From Candidatus Omnitrophota bacterium (lineage in GTDB: Bacteria > Omnitrophota > Gorgyraeia > Gygaellales > Profunditerraquicolaceae): a stretch of DNA of 64,000 nucleotides. The stretch spans positions 6,831 to 70,830 of the forward strand of contig JAQUAP010000001.1 of the NCBI GenBank assembly GCA_028687205.1, in the 5' to 3' direction. Below the pieces are notes generated by a model that was not told the DNA's origin, did no database searches, and was given only the letters and a program-made list of their open reading frames with translations. This document shows, piece by piece, positions 10,707 through 20,928 of this stretch; the first letter of the stretch is position 1; each line of letters starts with the position of its first letter. Position numbers and translations under genes: made by a program.

Positions 10707-12010
10707 AAGAGCTTATCCTCATTATCCCCGCCAGCAGCCACCCGTTATTCCGCCTGGCCCTGCGTTTTTTCTTTAAGACTCCCACCACCTTTTCTTTGCT
10801 GATCCTATCCGCGCTTACTCCTGCGGAATATAAGATCAAAGTAATTACCCAGAAGCTTATCTGGCTGAAAAGCGATTTTGTCCCTGGCGCATTAGTAGGC
10901 ATCTCCTGCGCTACCTCCAATTCTTACGAGGCTTACAAGATAGCCGATCGTTTTCGCAGGGCAGGCTCGACCGTGGTCCTGGGCGGGCCGCATGTAAGTT
11001 GTTTTCCCGATGAAGCCCTGGAACATTGCGACAGCCTGGTTATCGGGGAGGGCGAATCCGTCTGGCCGTCTGTCATCCGGGATTTTGAAAACCGGTCCCT
11101 AAAGAAGATCTACCGCGGTCAGCCTCTGGATGATTTTTTCTCGCCGGTTTATGACTATTTTTTAAAGGTTGACCCTAAGATCCTGTACCGTTCGGGCATA
11201 ATGGTCAGCCGGGGATGCAAGTACCACTGTGAATTTTGCTCCCAGCCTTTAGGAGGCCTGCGCTTTATTAAGTTGGAGCAGGCCGTAGCACTAATCAGGC
11301 GGATCAAAGAGAAAGTAAGAGAACCTTTCGGCTGGAAACCGACCATAATTTTCCGGGATGATAATATTTTTTCAAGCCCGGCTTATGCCAAAAGACTTTT
11401 TCGCGAGCTCATCCCTTTAAACTTAAGCTGGATAGGCAACAGCTCCCTGGATATCGCCTTTGACGCAGAAGCCTTGAGTCTGGCCCGGCAAAGCGGCTGC
11501 CGGGGTCTATTCATCGGATTTGAGACGATCTATCCGCAGAAATTAGCCAAGACTTCGGTTAAAGGCATCAGCTCTACCGATGATTATCTGAAGGCTATCA
11601 GGAATATCAAGGCTTACGGCATCAAAATTACCGGGGCTTTTATTTTGGGGTTTGACTACTATACGCACAAGGATTACCTGAAGCTGATCGCCTTTTTAGC
11701 CAGGGCCAGGCTGTATTTGATCTCAATCACTATCCTGACCCCTTTTCCCGGTTCGGCGCTTTATGATAGGCTTAAGAAGGAGGACCGGATCATTAATTTT
11801 GATTGGAGGAAATATGACAGCCTGCAGCACGTGGTTTTTAAGCCTAAAAACATGTCTCCCTTCGCGCTGGCAGCGTGGTTTTTGGCGGTCAGGGCGGCAG
11901 CCCTGATCCTTTCGCCAGGGTTCCTGCTTCCGGCTCTCTGGATGATCTCGCTGTATTACTTGTCGTATTTCTTGTCTTTTAAGCTGGTCGGCTTTTTGCG
12001 CGGCTATTGA
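10682..12010 (+). CDS. B12-binding radical SAM protein
   Basis: CKYHCEFC (Cx3Cx2C) radical-SAM cluster motif preceded by a B12-binding-like N-terminal domain; true start may lie downstream of the GTG at 10682. Confidence 0.7.
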   Translation: MGEEQSLVKELILIIPASSHPLFRLALRFFFKTPTTFSLLILSALTPAEYKIKVITQKLIWLKSDFVPGALVGISCATSNSYEAYKIADRFRRAGSTVVLGGPHVSCFPDEALEHCDSLVIGEGESVWPSVIRDFENRSLKKIYRGQPLDDFFSPVYDYFLKVDPKILYRSGIMVSRGCKYHCEFCSQPLGGLRFIKLEQAVALIRRIKEKVREPFGWKPTIIFRDDNIFSSPAYAKRLFRELIPLNLSWIGNSSLDIAFDAEALSLARQSGCRGLFIGFETIYPQKLAKTSVKGISSTDDYLKAIRNIKAYGIKITGAFILGFDYYTHKDYLKLIAFLARARLYLISITILTPFPGSALYDRLKKEDRIINFDWRKYDSLQHVVFKPKNMSPFALAAWFLAVRAAALILSPGFLLPALWMISLYYLSYFLSFKLVGFLRGY

Positions 12011-12017
12011 ATATAAA

Positions 12018-12485
12018 ATGGAGAACGCAAAGCCTAAGGGCGTATATATTTTCGGGGTTATGCTGATCCTGGTCTCGGTGGTCCAGCTGGCGTGGCTAGC
12101 CAACTATCCGTATTATGTTTACATTTTCCGTCAGCTGCCCGCTCCGCTTATCCCTTTGCGCTTCCTGGTCTCCAACGCCTTAAGGATAATCGGCCTGATC
12201 TGCGGCATAGGGCTCTTACGTTTTAAGGCAAGGTACCGCAAAATGACCCTGACCCTGTTCTGGTTCGTGCTCATTACTGTCTATTGGAAGCACCCTTATT
12301 CTGCCTTTGAAAACCATTTGCGGCATGTGGAGAACATCTCTGCTGCTTCCGGGATGAACACAATGTTCGATCTAAAACTGTTCGCCGCCGTCTGTACTGT
12401 AGTGGCGATCTCCTTAGATATTATTTTCGCATCCGGCTTTATCTATTATTTCAGCCGTCCAAAAATAAAGGCGTATTTTAAGTAA
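12018..12485 (+). CDS. Hypothetical integral membrane protein
   Basis: 155 aa with 4-5 hydrophobic segments. Confidence 0.4.
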   Translation: MENAKPKGVYIFGVMLILVSVVQLAWLANYPYYVYIFRQLPAPLIPLRFLVSNALRIIGLICGIGLLRFKARYRKMTLTLFWFVLITVYWKHPYSAFENHLRHVENISAASGMNTMFDLKLFAAVCTVVAISLDIIFASGFIYYFSRPKIKAYFK

Positions 12486-12494
12486 ACTCCTTTC

Positions 12495-12523
12495 TTTACA
12501 GCTTTGTCAGAATAAAGTATAAT
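12495..12523 (+). promoter_or_regulatory. Sigma70-like promoter for tRNA-Gln (TTTACA-N17-TATAAT)
   Basis: Near-consensus hexamers with a 17-nt spacer, about 25 nt upstream of the tRNA. Confidence 0.6.
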
Positions 12524-12548
12524 TAAGCTTCAGCTGCGACGTTATTTT

Positions 12549-12622
12549 TGCCCTGTCGTCTAATGGTAGGACACAAGATTCTGGATCTTGTTATCATGGT
12601 TCGAGTCCATGCGGGGCAGCCA
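12549..12622 (+). tRNA. tRNA-Gln (anticodon CTG), CCA encoded
   Basis: Hand-folded cloverleaf: acceptor TGCCCTG/CGGGGCA, anticodon stem CAAGA/TCTTG with loop TTCTGGA, T-arm CATGG-TTCGAGT-CCATG, discriminator G plus CCA. Confidence 0.85.
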
Positions 12623-12717
12623 ACCTTGACGCTCAGGCGAACTTCGGGCGTCCGATACAGTGGCGAAATGGAACAAATATTCAGTTTTGTATTAGAAACA
12701 AAAATGGGAGGTGTCTG

Positions 12718-13086
12718 ATGAAAAAATGTCCATTTTGTGCCGAAGAGATTCAAAATGATGCTATCAAATGTAAACACTGTGGAGAAAACTTAGTTCAGAC
12801 CCAGAAAAAAAGTGATTTTTCCGGTCTCTCAAGATATTATCAGGAAGAATTTAAAAAGATAAGCGAAAGTAACGAGGCATACCGCGGTAAGTGGAATTGG
12901 GCCGCATTTTTCTTTGGCCCCTTATGGGCGCTGACCAAAGGAATATGGTTAGCTTCAATCATTTGTATTGTTGTCGCTGTTATAACTGCTGGCATCGGAG
13001 GTATTATTTATTGGTTTGCTTTTGCCTTAAGAGGTAATTATCAATATTACTGCAGTCATGTAAAAAATAAACAATTGCTGATCTGA
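12718..13086 (+). CDS. Zinc-ribbon domain membrane protein
   Basis: N-terminal CPFC...CKHCG zinc ribbon; C-terminal transmembrane segments. Confidence 0.5.
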   Translation: MKKCPFCAEEIQNDAIKCKHCGENLVQTQKKSDFSGLSRYYQEEFKKISESNEAYRGKWNWAAFFFGPLWALTKGIWLASIICIVVAVITAGIGGIIYWFAFALRGNYQYYCSHVKNKQLLI

Positions 13087-13116
13087 TAAAAACGTCATTT
13101 TAGAATAACACCTACC

Positions 13117-13692
13117 ATGACAATTGAAGAATTGTATAAGAATTTCGGCGAGAATTTTAAGAGAATAGCCACACTTACACCTGACTCAGGCAATCCTGAA
13201 TGGACAAAGGCCACATACCGTTATTTTTATAAAGAAGGCATAGAGAACGGCTTCAAGGTATGGGCTAAACCTAATGTTCTCGCAGAAGGAGAGCAGGAAT
13301 ATATAGTTGACCTGTGTTGGAGCAAGGAGTTGGGCAGTGACTATAAGGATTATATGGGACTGGAATTAGCCTTGGAATCAGAATGGTTAACCAGTAAAGA
13401 TGACATAATGTGGGATTTTTGCAAGCTGATAGACATCAAATCATTTTTTAAAGTTATGGTTATTTGCGTTCGCGGTGAAGAAGTTAACCCTATGCTGGAA
13501 GAGATGAGAGAGACTATTAAAAAATCACGAATAAAGTTTCCTGATGAAAATTACCTTATCATTGTTTTTATGCCTTTGCCTACAATTTCTAACCCAAGGC
13601 AATATGTTATTGAAGGATATAGGGTTAACTGCGAAGGCGCAAGCGATAAATTGCAGTCGGTGGACTATATTTTTAATCAGGTTGTCATTTAG
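13117..13692 (+). CDS. Hypothetical protein
   Basis: 191-aa ORF with plausible codon usage and no recognisable motif. Confidence 0.45.
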   Translation: MTIEELYKNFGENFKRIATLTPDSGNPEWTKATYRYFYKEGIENGFKVWAKPNVLAEGEQEYIVDLCWSKELGSDYKDYMGLELALESEWLTSKDDIMWDFCKLIDIKSFFKVMVICVRGEEVNPMLEEMRETIKKSRIKFPDENYLIIVFMPLPTISNPRQYVIEGYRVNCEGASDKLQSVDYIFNQVVI

Positions 13693-13715
13693 GTTGTCGT
13701 TTAGGTTGTCATTTG
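13681..13715 (+). repeat. Three tandem copies of a 12-nt unit GTTGTC(A/G)TTTAG overlapping the -35 region of a promoter-like sequence (TTGTCG-N17-TATAAT) upstream of fic
   Basis: Direct repeats read in sequence; TATAAT at 13717..13722. Confidence 0.5.
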
Positions 13716-13728
13716 TTATAATAATACT

Positions 13729-14787
13729 ATGCCGTTTGAGCCGAAATATACGATTACTAATAAAATTCTTAATAATCTTACCGAGATTGCTAGGGGTAGG
13801 GAGATTATTGAGCAGGCCAAGCTTATCCCTAAATGGGAATTAAAGCTTAAAAAAGAGGCGCAGATTCATAACGCCCATTCATCTACGAGTATTGAGGGTA
13901 ATAATTTACTGCTTGAGCAGGTCGCCGCCTTAGCTGAGAATAAAGATGTTACAGCTATGGCAAAGGATAAAGACGAAGTTTTAAATTATCTTAAAGCGCT
14001 AGATTCGATTCCAGAGTATGCAGCCAAAAAAACAATAGACCTTAAGCTCTTTCTCAAAGTTCACGAAACTCTTACTACCGGCACTCTGCGATATCAAAAA
14101 GATTGCGGCGTATTGAGAGATCGTGCGGTTTTTGTAGGTAAGCGCATATTTGACGGAACAAGTTTTAAGGAAGTTGCAGAGTATATCCCGCCAAAAACAA
14201 ACTATGTGCCGCGATTGGTTTCGGAGTTTCTGGATTGGCTCAATTCGGATAAAATAAAAAACACCAACCCGGTAATTCTTGCAGGTATTGTTCATTATGA
14301 AATTGCAAGGATTCACCCCTTTATTGATGGGAACGGCCGGACAGCCAGATTAATGGCAGCATTAATTCTATATAAAAGCGGCTTTGATCATCGCAGATTT
14401 TTTGCTCTGGATGATTATTATGATGAAAATAGAGAGGCATATTACGCAGCGTTAAAAACAGTCCAAACAGATAAAGGCGATATTACGAGGTGGCTTGAAT
14501 ATTTTACAGACGGTGTCTTATATTCAATAGATAAGGTTAAAGATTTCATAGAAAAAATAGGGCTAACTCCAAAGATAGAAGATGGGGAAAGAATAGAATT
14601 AACCCAGAAGCAGATAAAAATCTTAGAGCGCATTCAAGAAAAAGGCAAGGTTAGCAACAAAGAATTAAGAGATATGTTTGGCATAACGCGCCAGGCAATG
14701 CTGAAAGAGATTTCTAAGCTGACAGACGCAAAACTGATTGAGCTTGTAGGAAAAGGCAGAAACGCCCATTATAAGATTTCGGATTAA
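13729..14787 (+). CDS. fic: Fic-family protein (AMPylation/filamentation-induced-by-cAMP domain) with C-terminal winged HTH
   Basis: Canonical Fic motif HPFIDGNGRTARL. Confidence 0.85.
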   Translation: MPFEPKYTITNKILNNLTEIARGREIIEQAKLIPKWELKLKKEAQIHNAHSSTSIEGNNLLLEQVAALAENKDVTAMAKDKDEVLNYLKALDSIPEYAAKKTIDLKLFLKVHETLTTGTLRYQKDCGVLRDRAVFVGKRIFDGTSFKEVAEYIPPKTNYVPRLVSEFLDWLNSDKIKNTNPVILAGIVHYEIARIHPFIDGNGRTARLMAALILYKSGFDHRRFFALDDYYDENREAYYAALKTVQTDKGDITRWLEYFTDGVLYSIDKVKDFIEKIGLTPKIEDGERIELTQKQIKILERIQEKGKVSNKELRDMFGITRQAMLKEISKLTDAKLIELVGKGRNAHYKISD

Positions 14788-14866
14788 TTTCGGTTGCCTA
14801 AATAGATAAAACCACGCTTAAAACGACGAACACTCATTTTCACAAGTAGGTGTACCTCTTGAGGAT

Positions 14867-14900
14867 ACGAAGTTCGTCTGGCGTCCAGTTCGGGCAGCCA
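14867..14900 (+). other. Right boundary of a putative integrated islet: inverted repeat CGAAGTTCGTCTG plus an 18-nt imperfect direct copy of the tRNA-Gln 3' end (GTCCAGTTCGGGCAGCCA)
   Basis: Reverse complement matches CAGGCGAACTTCG at 12634..12646 (12/13); the 3'-end copy matches tRNA 12605..12622 at 14/18. Confidence 0.45.
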
Positions 14901-14946
14901 CATAAATCTCTGCAACCCGTCACCCACTTTTTATTAACGTAATTCA

Positions 14947-16137
14947 ATGGAAGAACAGCTAAAACCGAATAAATTATTAAGTTATTTGTCCTTGGCGGGG
15001 ATATTTTATTTTATCTTTCTCTGCGCGCTTCATTTTGCCACAAGGCGGCCTCTCTGGTTAGACGAGGTCTTTTTGTTGAATAATTTTCAGGAACTAAAGC
15101 CTTTAGAGATATTCGGGGTTTTAAAATACAGCCAGGGCTTTCCGCGGCTGTATCTTTTTATTATCCGCAGCTTTAGCGCGTTATTTCAATTCGATGTTTT
15201 AGCCTTAAGGTTCCTGCCCTTTGTCTTTATGCTTTCAAGTTTTGCCGTCTGGCTCAACATTTTTAAAAAAGAAGAAGGGAGGGGATTAGGATATTTACTG
15301 TTTATCCTTTCCTGGTGCGGTTCAGCCTTAATGAGCTATTACGCGGCGGAATTCAAACAATATTCAGCCGAATTGTTCGCCGCGGCGGTGTTTACGTATT
15401 TTATAATCAAGCAAAGGGAGCACTTAAAAAATGAAAAGCTGAATTTACCTTTAGTCTTAAGCTACTGTTTGTTGCCCGCGTTAATCCTGTTTTCCTATAC
15501 CGCGTATTTCTTTATTTTATTGCCTGCCTATAATCTTTTGGCAATGGAGAGGAAAAACAAGGCCAGCATTACTTATCTAATGATTTATCTTATTTCGGCG
15601 CTGGTTTTTGTATTTATCTCTTACAATTCCGATATCAGGCATACGCTCGCCAATCGCGGCTTGGCCGCTTATTGGGAGAGTTATTGTATTTCCACCGCCT
15701 CTTTTGCTAAATTTACGGGGACATTCTGGGAGGGCCTTAAGAGGATTTATGTAAGATGGTTTTGGGCGGCTAAGCCTGTTACGTACATTATGACTTTGTT
15801 TATGCCTGCCGCCCTGTTTTTTACTTTCTCTTCCGGCATTAAGCGTTTTAAAGATGACGGCAGGCGGGTTGTATCTTTAAGCGCCATTTTAGTATTCTTG
15901 CTGGCTGGTTTATTCATTGCCGGAGTCCTTAAAATTTTTCCTTTTACTGCCGCAAGGATTACTCTTTATCTAGCCCCGTTTATTTTCTACACTATAATTA
16001 AGGGCATAGCAATGTTTAAAAAGAGGCTGTTTATCCTTTACGTTATTTTGAACCTTGTTTTTATCTCTACTGTTATTACGACTTCAATCTGGGCCCTATC
16101 CGGTTATATTAAGAAGTTCGCTATTTACCATATCTAA
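14947..16137 (+). CDS. Polytopic membrane protein, possibly a GT-C-fold (ArnT/PMT-like) glycosyltransferase
   Basis: About 10 hydrophobic segments; RPLWLDEVF near the first loop resembles the DE motif of GT-C transferases. Confidence 0.4.
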   Translation: MEEQLKPNKLLSYLSLAGIFYFIFLCALHFATRRPLWLDEVFLLNNFQELKPLEIFGVLKYSQGFPRLYLFIIRSFSALFQFDVLALRFLPFVFMLSSFAVWLNIFKKEEGRGLGYLLFILSWCGSALMSYYAAEFKQYSAELFAAAVFTYFIIKQREHLKNEKLNLPLVLSYCLLPALILFSYTAYFFILLPAYNLLAMERKNKASITYLMIYLISALVFVFISYNSDIRHTLANRGLAAYWESYCISTASFAKFTGTFWEGLKRIYVRWFWAAKPVTYIMTLFMPAALFFTFSSGIKRFKDDGRRVVSLSAILVFLLAGLFIAGVLKIFPFTAARITLYLAPFIFYTIIKGIAMFKKRLFILYVILNLVFISTVITTSIWALSGYIKKFAIYHI

Positions 16138-16259
16138 TGCATACCTATATATAACTATAACCGGTTGCGGAATTCACCTGCATTGTAACTCCTAATTTCT
16201 GGATATTTGGCAAATTTCTTATATAATAAGCTTATCCAGCAGCCTTTATTTTTAAAAAA

Positions 16260-17921
16260 ATGAAAAACAAGAAAAAAACCAGAAAGCCAGTTGCTAAAAT
16301 AAAAATCCTGCGCAAAAAAACGCTTAAGCCCAAAGCGCCCAGGATAAAAACCGGTGGGCTAAAAGAAAAGATTGCGGAAACCATCATCCAACATTCTGCG
16401 ATAGCCATCTTTGTTATTAACGCGCAACATAAGGTTATTTACTGGAATAAGGCATGCGAAGAACTGACTGGCTTAAAAGCGAAAAGTTTAATCGGCACCA
16501 GCAACCACTGGAAGGCTTTCTATGATGCTTGCCGCCCCTGCCTGGCGGATATAATTATAGATAATAAATTCAGCGATATGGCCAGGTTTTACCAGGATTA
16601 TGGTAAGTCTACCCTCATACGCAACGGCTTACACGCTGAAGGCTGGTACCTTAAACTGAACGGTAAAGACAGGTACCTGGTATTTGATGCTGCGCCCGTA
16701 TACAATAATAAAGGAAAATTGATTGCTGCTGTTGAGATGCTGCAGGATAACTCTGAATTTAAGAAAGTGGAAAGCAAGTTGCAAGAAAACGAGCAGAAGA
16801 TGCGCGCTGTTTTTGACCAGACTTTTCAGTTTATCGGGCTGATGACGCTCGACGGCATACTGATAGAGGCCAATAAGACCGCCTTAGAATTAATCGGCAC
16901 TGAAGCATCCGAGGTCCTGGGTAAGCCATTCTGGCAAGCCCCCTGGTGGACACATTCGCCGGAGCTGCAGGAAAAATTGCGGCAGGCCGTAAAAAAAGCA
17001 GCTGAGGGTAAATTTATCCGTTTTGAGGCAACCCATTTAGATAAGGAAGGCGCTGTGCACAATGTTGATTTTTCACTTAAGCCGGTGAAAGATAAAAGCG
17101 GTAAAGTTATCTTTCTGCTTCCCGAAGGCCGCGATATCACCGAGTTCTTGCAGGCAGAGAGGTTATTGAAGGAATCGGAAGAAGACCTGCGAAAAGTCTA
17201 TATTGAATTCAAGCAAACCCAGGCTGAGCTTATCCAGTCAGAAAAGATGGCTGCTTTAGGCAAGCTGGCAAGCAACATCGCGCATGAGATAAAAAACCCC
17301 CTGGCAATAAACCTGCAAGGCTTAGAATACCTAAAGTCCATAGTGCCGTCTGATAAAGTGTGCATAGATACCATAGAGAGTTTAATACAAGCTAACCTTA
17401 GGGCGGATAAAATTTTAAAAGACCTGTTAAACTTCGCCCGGCCTTCGGCCCCGCTTATATTGGAAGAGGTAGATGTTCCTTCGCTTATCAATAGCAGCTT
17501 ATTTTTCGTTGACCCGCAAACTAACCTTAATAACGTAAAGATAACCAGGGTCTTTGCCCCGGACTTACCCAAGGTAAAATTAGACCATAATCAGATGCAG
17601 CAGGTATTGATAAATATTTTTATCAATGCATTTGATGCCATGCCTCAAGGGGGTAATATTACCGTGATAGCCAGCCAGGCTGAAGATGTTTCACATAAGA
17701 AGAGCCTGCAGATTATTATTAGCGATACGGGGTGCGGCATCAGGGAAGACGATATGCGTAGGATTTTTGGGCCGTTTTTTTCTACTAAGCAGGAAAAGGG
17801 GGGCACGGGTTTAGGACTAGCTATATCTAAGGCAATCATTGAAAGCCACAGGGGAACTTTGGAGATTAAGAGTAAATATGGCGCAGGTACGAGCGTAACG
17901 ATCAACTTGCCTCTTAGCTAG
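16260..17921 (+). CDS. PAS-domain sensor histidine kinase
   Basis: Two PAS-like regions; H-box HEIKNPL; ATP-lid G-box GTGLGLAISK. Confidence 0.85.
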   Translation: MKNKKKTRKPVAKIKILRKKTLKPKAPRIKTGGLKEKIAETIIQHSAIAIFVINAQHKVIYWNKACEELTGLKAKSLIGTSNHWKAFYDACRPCLADIIIDNKFSDMARFYQDYGKSTLIRNGLHAEGWYLKLNGKDRYLVFDAAPVYNNKGKLIAAVEMLQDNSEFKKVESKLQENEQKMRAVFDQTFQFIGLMTLDGILIEANKTALELIGTEASEVLGKPFWQAPWWTHSPELQEKLRQAVKKAAEGKFIRFEATHLDKEGAVHNVDFSLKPVKDKSGKVIFLLPEGRDITEFLQAERLLKESEEDLRKVYIEFKQTQAELIQSEKMAALGKLASNIAHEIKNPLAINLQGLEYLKSIVPSDKVCIDTIESLIQANLRADKILKDLLNFARPSAPLILEEVDVPSLINSSLFFVDPQTNLNNVKITRVFAPDLPKVKLDHNQMQQVLINIFINAFDAMPQGGNITVIASQAEDVSHKKSLQIIISDTGCGIREDDMRRIFGPFFSTKQEKGGTGLGLAISKAIIESHRGTLEIKSKYGAGTSVTINLPLS

Positions 17922-17991
17922 GGTGCAGATAACCGCGCCTTATAAGGCTGTGGCGCCCCTTAGAAGAGGATAAGCTAAAAGGGAGATAAAG

Positions 17992-18369
17992 ATGGCCGGT
18001 AAAATAAAAATACTACTGATTGACGATGAGCAAGAATTTACCCGCTTTGTGAAATTAAACCTGGAAAATACGGGAGAATTTGAAGTCCTGGCAACCGAAG
18101 ACCCTCTAACCGGCATAGACCTGGCCAGGCAGTACCATCCTGATTTAATCCTGCTGGATATCTTTATGCCGAAAATGGACGGCACGGAGGTAGCGGAGAA
18201 TTTGCTCGCCGATAATTCAACCAACGATATCCCGATAGTGTTTCTTACCGCCCTGGTAAAGCAGGATGAACTAAGAAAAGAATCTACGATTGCCGGAAGG
18301 CATTATATTGCTAAGCCCATAACTACAGGCGATTTGATAAGTCAGATTAAAGGTATTCTTGGGAAATAA
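17992..18369 (+). CDS. Single-domain response regulator (CheY-like receiver)
   Basis: ILLIDDE...DLILLDIFMPKMDG receiver signature. Confidence 0.8.
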   Translation: MAGKIKILLIDDEQEFTRFVKLNLENTGEFEVLATEDPLTGIDLARQYHPDLILLDIFMPKMDGTEVAENLLADNSTNDIPIVFLTALVKQDELRKESTIAGRHYIAKPITTGDLISQIKGILGK

Positions 18370-18404
18370 ATCCAGGGCTATCCAAATTGATATATTGGAT
18401 TTAT

Positions 18405-18488
18405 GCGCGGGTGGTGGAATGGCAGACACGCAAGCATGAGGGGCTTGTGCCGAAAGGCTTGGGGGTTCAACTCCCCCCTCGCGCACCA
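18405..18488 (+). tRNA. tRNA-Leu (anticodon GAG), type II with long variable arm, CCA encoded
   Basis: Acceptor GCGCGGG/CTCGCGC; anticodon stem CAAGC/GCTTG with loop ATGAGGG; variable arm TGCCGAAAGGCTT; T-arm GGGGG-TTCAACT-CCCCC. Confidence 0.8.
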
Positions 18489-18497
18489 ATAGAAAAC

Positions 18498-19433
18498 CTA
18501 CCGGTCTATGCCGCGCCGGTCTCTTACGTAATTACTTCTCTCCAGGCTTTTGGCGTAAGCCTTTAGCTCCGCGCCTATCTCTCCGATTTGCGCCACGTGC
18601 GCTATCTTCCTGGATTCATTGGTCACTACACCGATAGATACAGAGAGGAGCGGAATTTTTTGTTCCAATCCCTGGCGGTCCTTGCCCGTTATATAGCCAT
18701 TCTTCCTGTCTTTTTCATTATAGAAGGAAGGGACAAGGTTTTCAAAATCTAAAATGACTTTTTGGCATAACGCTTCGGCCTTGTCAGGCGTAGTGACAAC
18801 GACGAAGTCATCGCCTCCGATATGCCCTACAAAATCGTCACGGTTACCCAGGTCCTGCGTTGCGCGGATAAGCAGGCGCGCAGTCTCGCGGATTACCTCA
18901 TCGCCGTGTTCAAACCCGTATTTATCGTTGTAAGATTTAAATTTATCCAGGTCCAGGTAGCATACGGCGAATAAGGCTTTGTTTTCGATGCGCCGGGATA
19001 ACTCTTTTAAGATTGAGACATTTCCAGGAAGACGGGTGAGGGGATTTGCCTCCAGGTCGCGCTCGGTATGCCTTAAAATCATGCGGATGCGCGCCAGCAA
19101 TTCTTTAGGCTCAAACGGCTTGACCACATAATCATCCGCCCCGGCGTCAATGCCGTCAACTTTGTCGCTGATATCGCCTTTGCCGGTGACCATAATTATA
19201 GGCAGGTGCCTGAGGAGTAAATCTTTTTTTATCCTTCGGCAGACCTCTCTGCCGTCGACCTTGGGAATTTTATAGTCCAGCAGGATTAAATCCGGCTGAT
19301 TAGCGTGGATCACCTTTAAGGCCCCCTCTCCGTCAGCGGCCTCGAGTATCTCGTAGTTTTCCTCGGAGAGGGTAAGTTTTAATACATCCCGGATATCCGG
19401 ATCGTCATCAACAATAAGTATTTTTACGCCCAT
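18498..19433 (-). CDS. Response regulator with receiver plus GGDEF-type domain (degenerate GGDDF motif)
   Basis: Receiver ILIVDDD...DLILLDYKIPKVDG; GGDEF-fold blocks DLDKFKSYNDKYGFEHGDEV and IGGDDFVVV. Confidence 0.8.
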   Translation of the reverse strand: MGVKILIVDDDPDIRDVLKLTLSEENYEILEAADGEGALKVIHANQPDLILLDYKIPKVDGREVCRRIKKDLLLRHLPIIMVTGKGDISDKVDGIDAGADDYVVKPFEPKELLARIRMILRHTERDLEANPLTRLPGNVSILKELSRRIENKALFAVCYLDLDKFKSYNDKYGFEHGDEVIRETARLLIRATQDLGNRDDFVGHIGGDDFVVVTTPDKAEALCQKVILDFENLVPSFYNEKDRKNGYITGKDRQGLEQKIPLLSVSIGVVTNESRKIAHVAQIGEIGAELKAYAKSLERSNYVRDRRGIDR

Positions 19434-19437
19434 ATAT

Positions 19438-20925
19438 TTATTCTGCTGCAGGTAAAGTGAAACTGAATGTTGAGCCAGAGCCTATCTTGCTCTTGACCCA
19501 GATTTTTCCGTTATGCGCTTCAACGATATGTTTTACCAGCGTCAACCCCAGGCCGGTTCCCCTTACTTCCTGGTTGATAGCGTTATCCACCCGGAAGAAC
19601 TCTTCAAATATCGCCTCTTGCGCTTCTTCGGGTATCCCGCAGCCGGTATCGCGGACACCCACTTCGATCATTTTATCTACCTTGCGGCTGGTTACGGTTA
19701 TTTTGCCTTGCGCCGGAGTGAACCGCATCGCGTTACTGATAAGGTTAATAAATACGCGTTCTATCTGCGTCCGGTCAGCCAAGACCAGGTTGGCATCTTG
19801 CGTAATCCCGGTAGTTAAAGAGAGCTTTCTTTCTTTTAGTTGCCCGGATAATAAGTCCTCAACCTTATCCACTATTTCTTTTAAATTACAGATTTCCGTG
19901 CGCATGGTTACTTTGCCCGATTCAATGCGGGATATATCCAGTAATTCATTAACCATATGTACCAGTTCATCGCTGTGCCGGTTTATCTTTTCCAGGCGTT
20001 CCCGCACATCCTTAGGCAGTTCGCCTAATTTTCCGGTGAGCAGTATCGCCGCGTAGCCTTTTATGGAAGTAAGCGGAGTCCTTAACTCATGGGATACGCT
20101 GGAGACGAAGTTAGTCTTACGGGCGCTGATCTTTTTGACCTCTTCCAGGGCGAGGGTTAATTCGTGGGTCCTTTCGGTTACTTTTTTCTCCAGCTCTTGT
20201 TGCGCGCGCCAGGTTTTCTCAAACAGGCGGGCATTTTCCAGCGCCTGGCCTAATTGCGTAGCCAGTATTTTGATTAATTCCTCGTCTCCTTCGGTAATTA
20301 CGGTTTCGGGATTTTCCGTGCCGACAAAAATCAATCCCCGGTTATTTTGCTGCGGCAATAGCGGCGAGATTATAAAAGAGATTACCTTAAAGACAGTATT
20401 TAACTGTTGCGCGCTGATTAAGTCATTTGCCCCCGGGACAGAAGAGAGGGTCTTATCGTTAATTATAAAATCAAGGAACTTTTCCTGGCTGTTGTTAACG
20501 AATGATTTTATGGCCATGATTTCATCGTCTCTGTAGCCGATGCTAAAACGCAAGGCAAATTGTTTATTCCTCTCATCCCATAGGAAGCCGCACCCTTTTT
20601 CCAGCCCCAGGTCCTCTAAGTATTCCGCTTGTATGCGCTTGAAGATCTGGTCTTCTTCCAGGGTCATGCTGATGATGCGTGATAACCTTTGCAGCGCGTA
20701 GAGGCCGGTGATTTTTTTATCCAGCGCCTCCTGTATTTTATTTAATTCCATATCCGTGCGCACAATGAGCTTGGCCTGCTCATCCATATCATCCAGGGAT
20801 TTCTTGACGCTATTAAACTTAGGTTGTAACTGGTTCAGGCGGTATACCTTATAAATAAGGAGAATAGCCAGGGGCAGGGTCGTTAGCACGTATATTAAAA
20901 GAAGAATTTTGTCCAAGTAAGACAT
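19438..20925 (-). CDS. Sensor histidine kinase with N-terminal TM helix and GAF-like region
   Basis: H-box [14 protein letters not shown]; G-boxes GCGIPEE and [10 protein letters not shown]; coupled to the downstream regulator. Confidence 0.85.
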   Translation of the reverse strand: MSYLDKILLLIYVLTTLPLAILLIYKVYRLNQLQPKFNSVKKSLDDMDEQAKLIVRTDMELNKIQEALDKKITGLYALQRLSRIISMTLEEDQIFKRIQAEYLEDLGLEKGCGFLWDERNKQFALRFSIGYRDDEIMAIKSFVNNSQEKFLDFIINDKTLSSVPGANDLISAQQLNTVFKVISFIISPLLPQQNNRGLIFVGTENPETVITEGDEELIKILATQLGQALENARLFEKTWRAQQELEKKVTERTHELTLALEEVKKISARKTNFVSSVSHELRTPLTSIKGYAAILLTGKLGELPKDVRERLEKINRHSDELVHMVNELLDISRIESGKVTMRTEICNLKEIVDKVEDLLSGQLKERKLSLTTGITQDANLVLADRTQIERVFINLISNAMRFTPAQGKITVTSRKVDKMIEVGVRDTGCGIPEEAQEAIFEEFFRVDNAINQEVRGTGLGLTLVKHIVEAHNGKIWVKSKIGSGSTFSFTLPAAE

Positions 20926-20928
20926 TTT

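Noticed and set aside
12523-12777. 84-aa minus-strand ORF covering tRNA-Gln
   Set aside because: Overlaps a tRNA gene and its promoter; no coding signal.
13544-13843. 99-aa ORF spanning the 3' end of the 13117 gene, the 12-nt repeats and the fic start
   Set aside because: Overlaps two better-supported genes and the intergenic promoter; Leu/Arg/Ser-rich translation.
18390-18405. Palindrome ATCCAAATTGATATATTGGAT between the response-regulator gene and tRNA-Leu as a terminator
   Set aside because: Short AT-rich stem with no U-tract; could equally be part of the tRNA promoter. Left uncalled.
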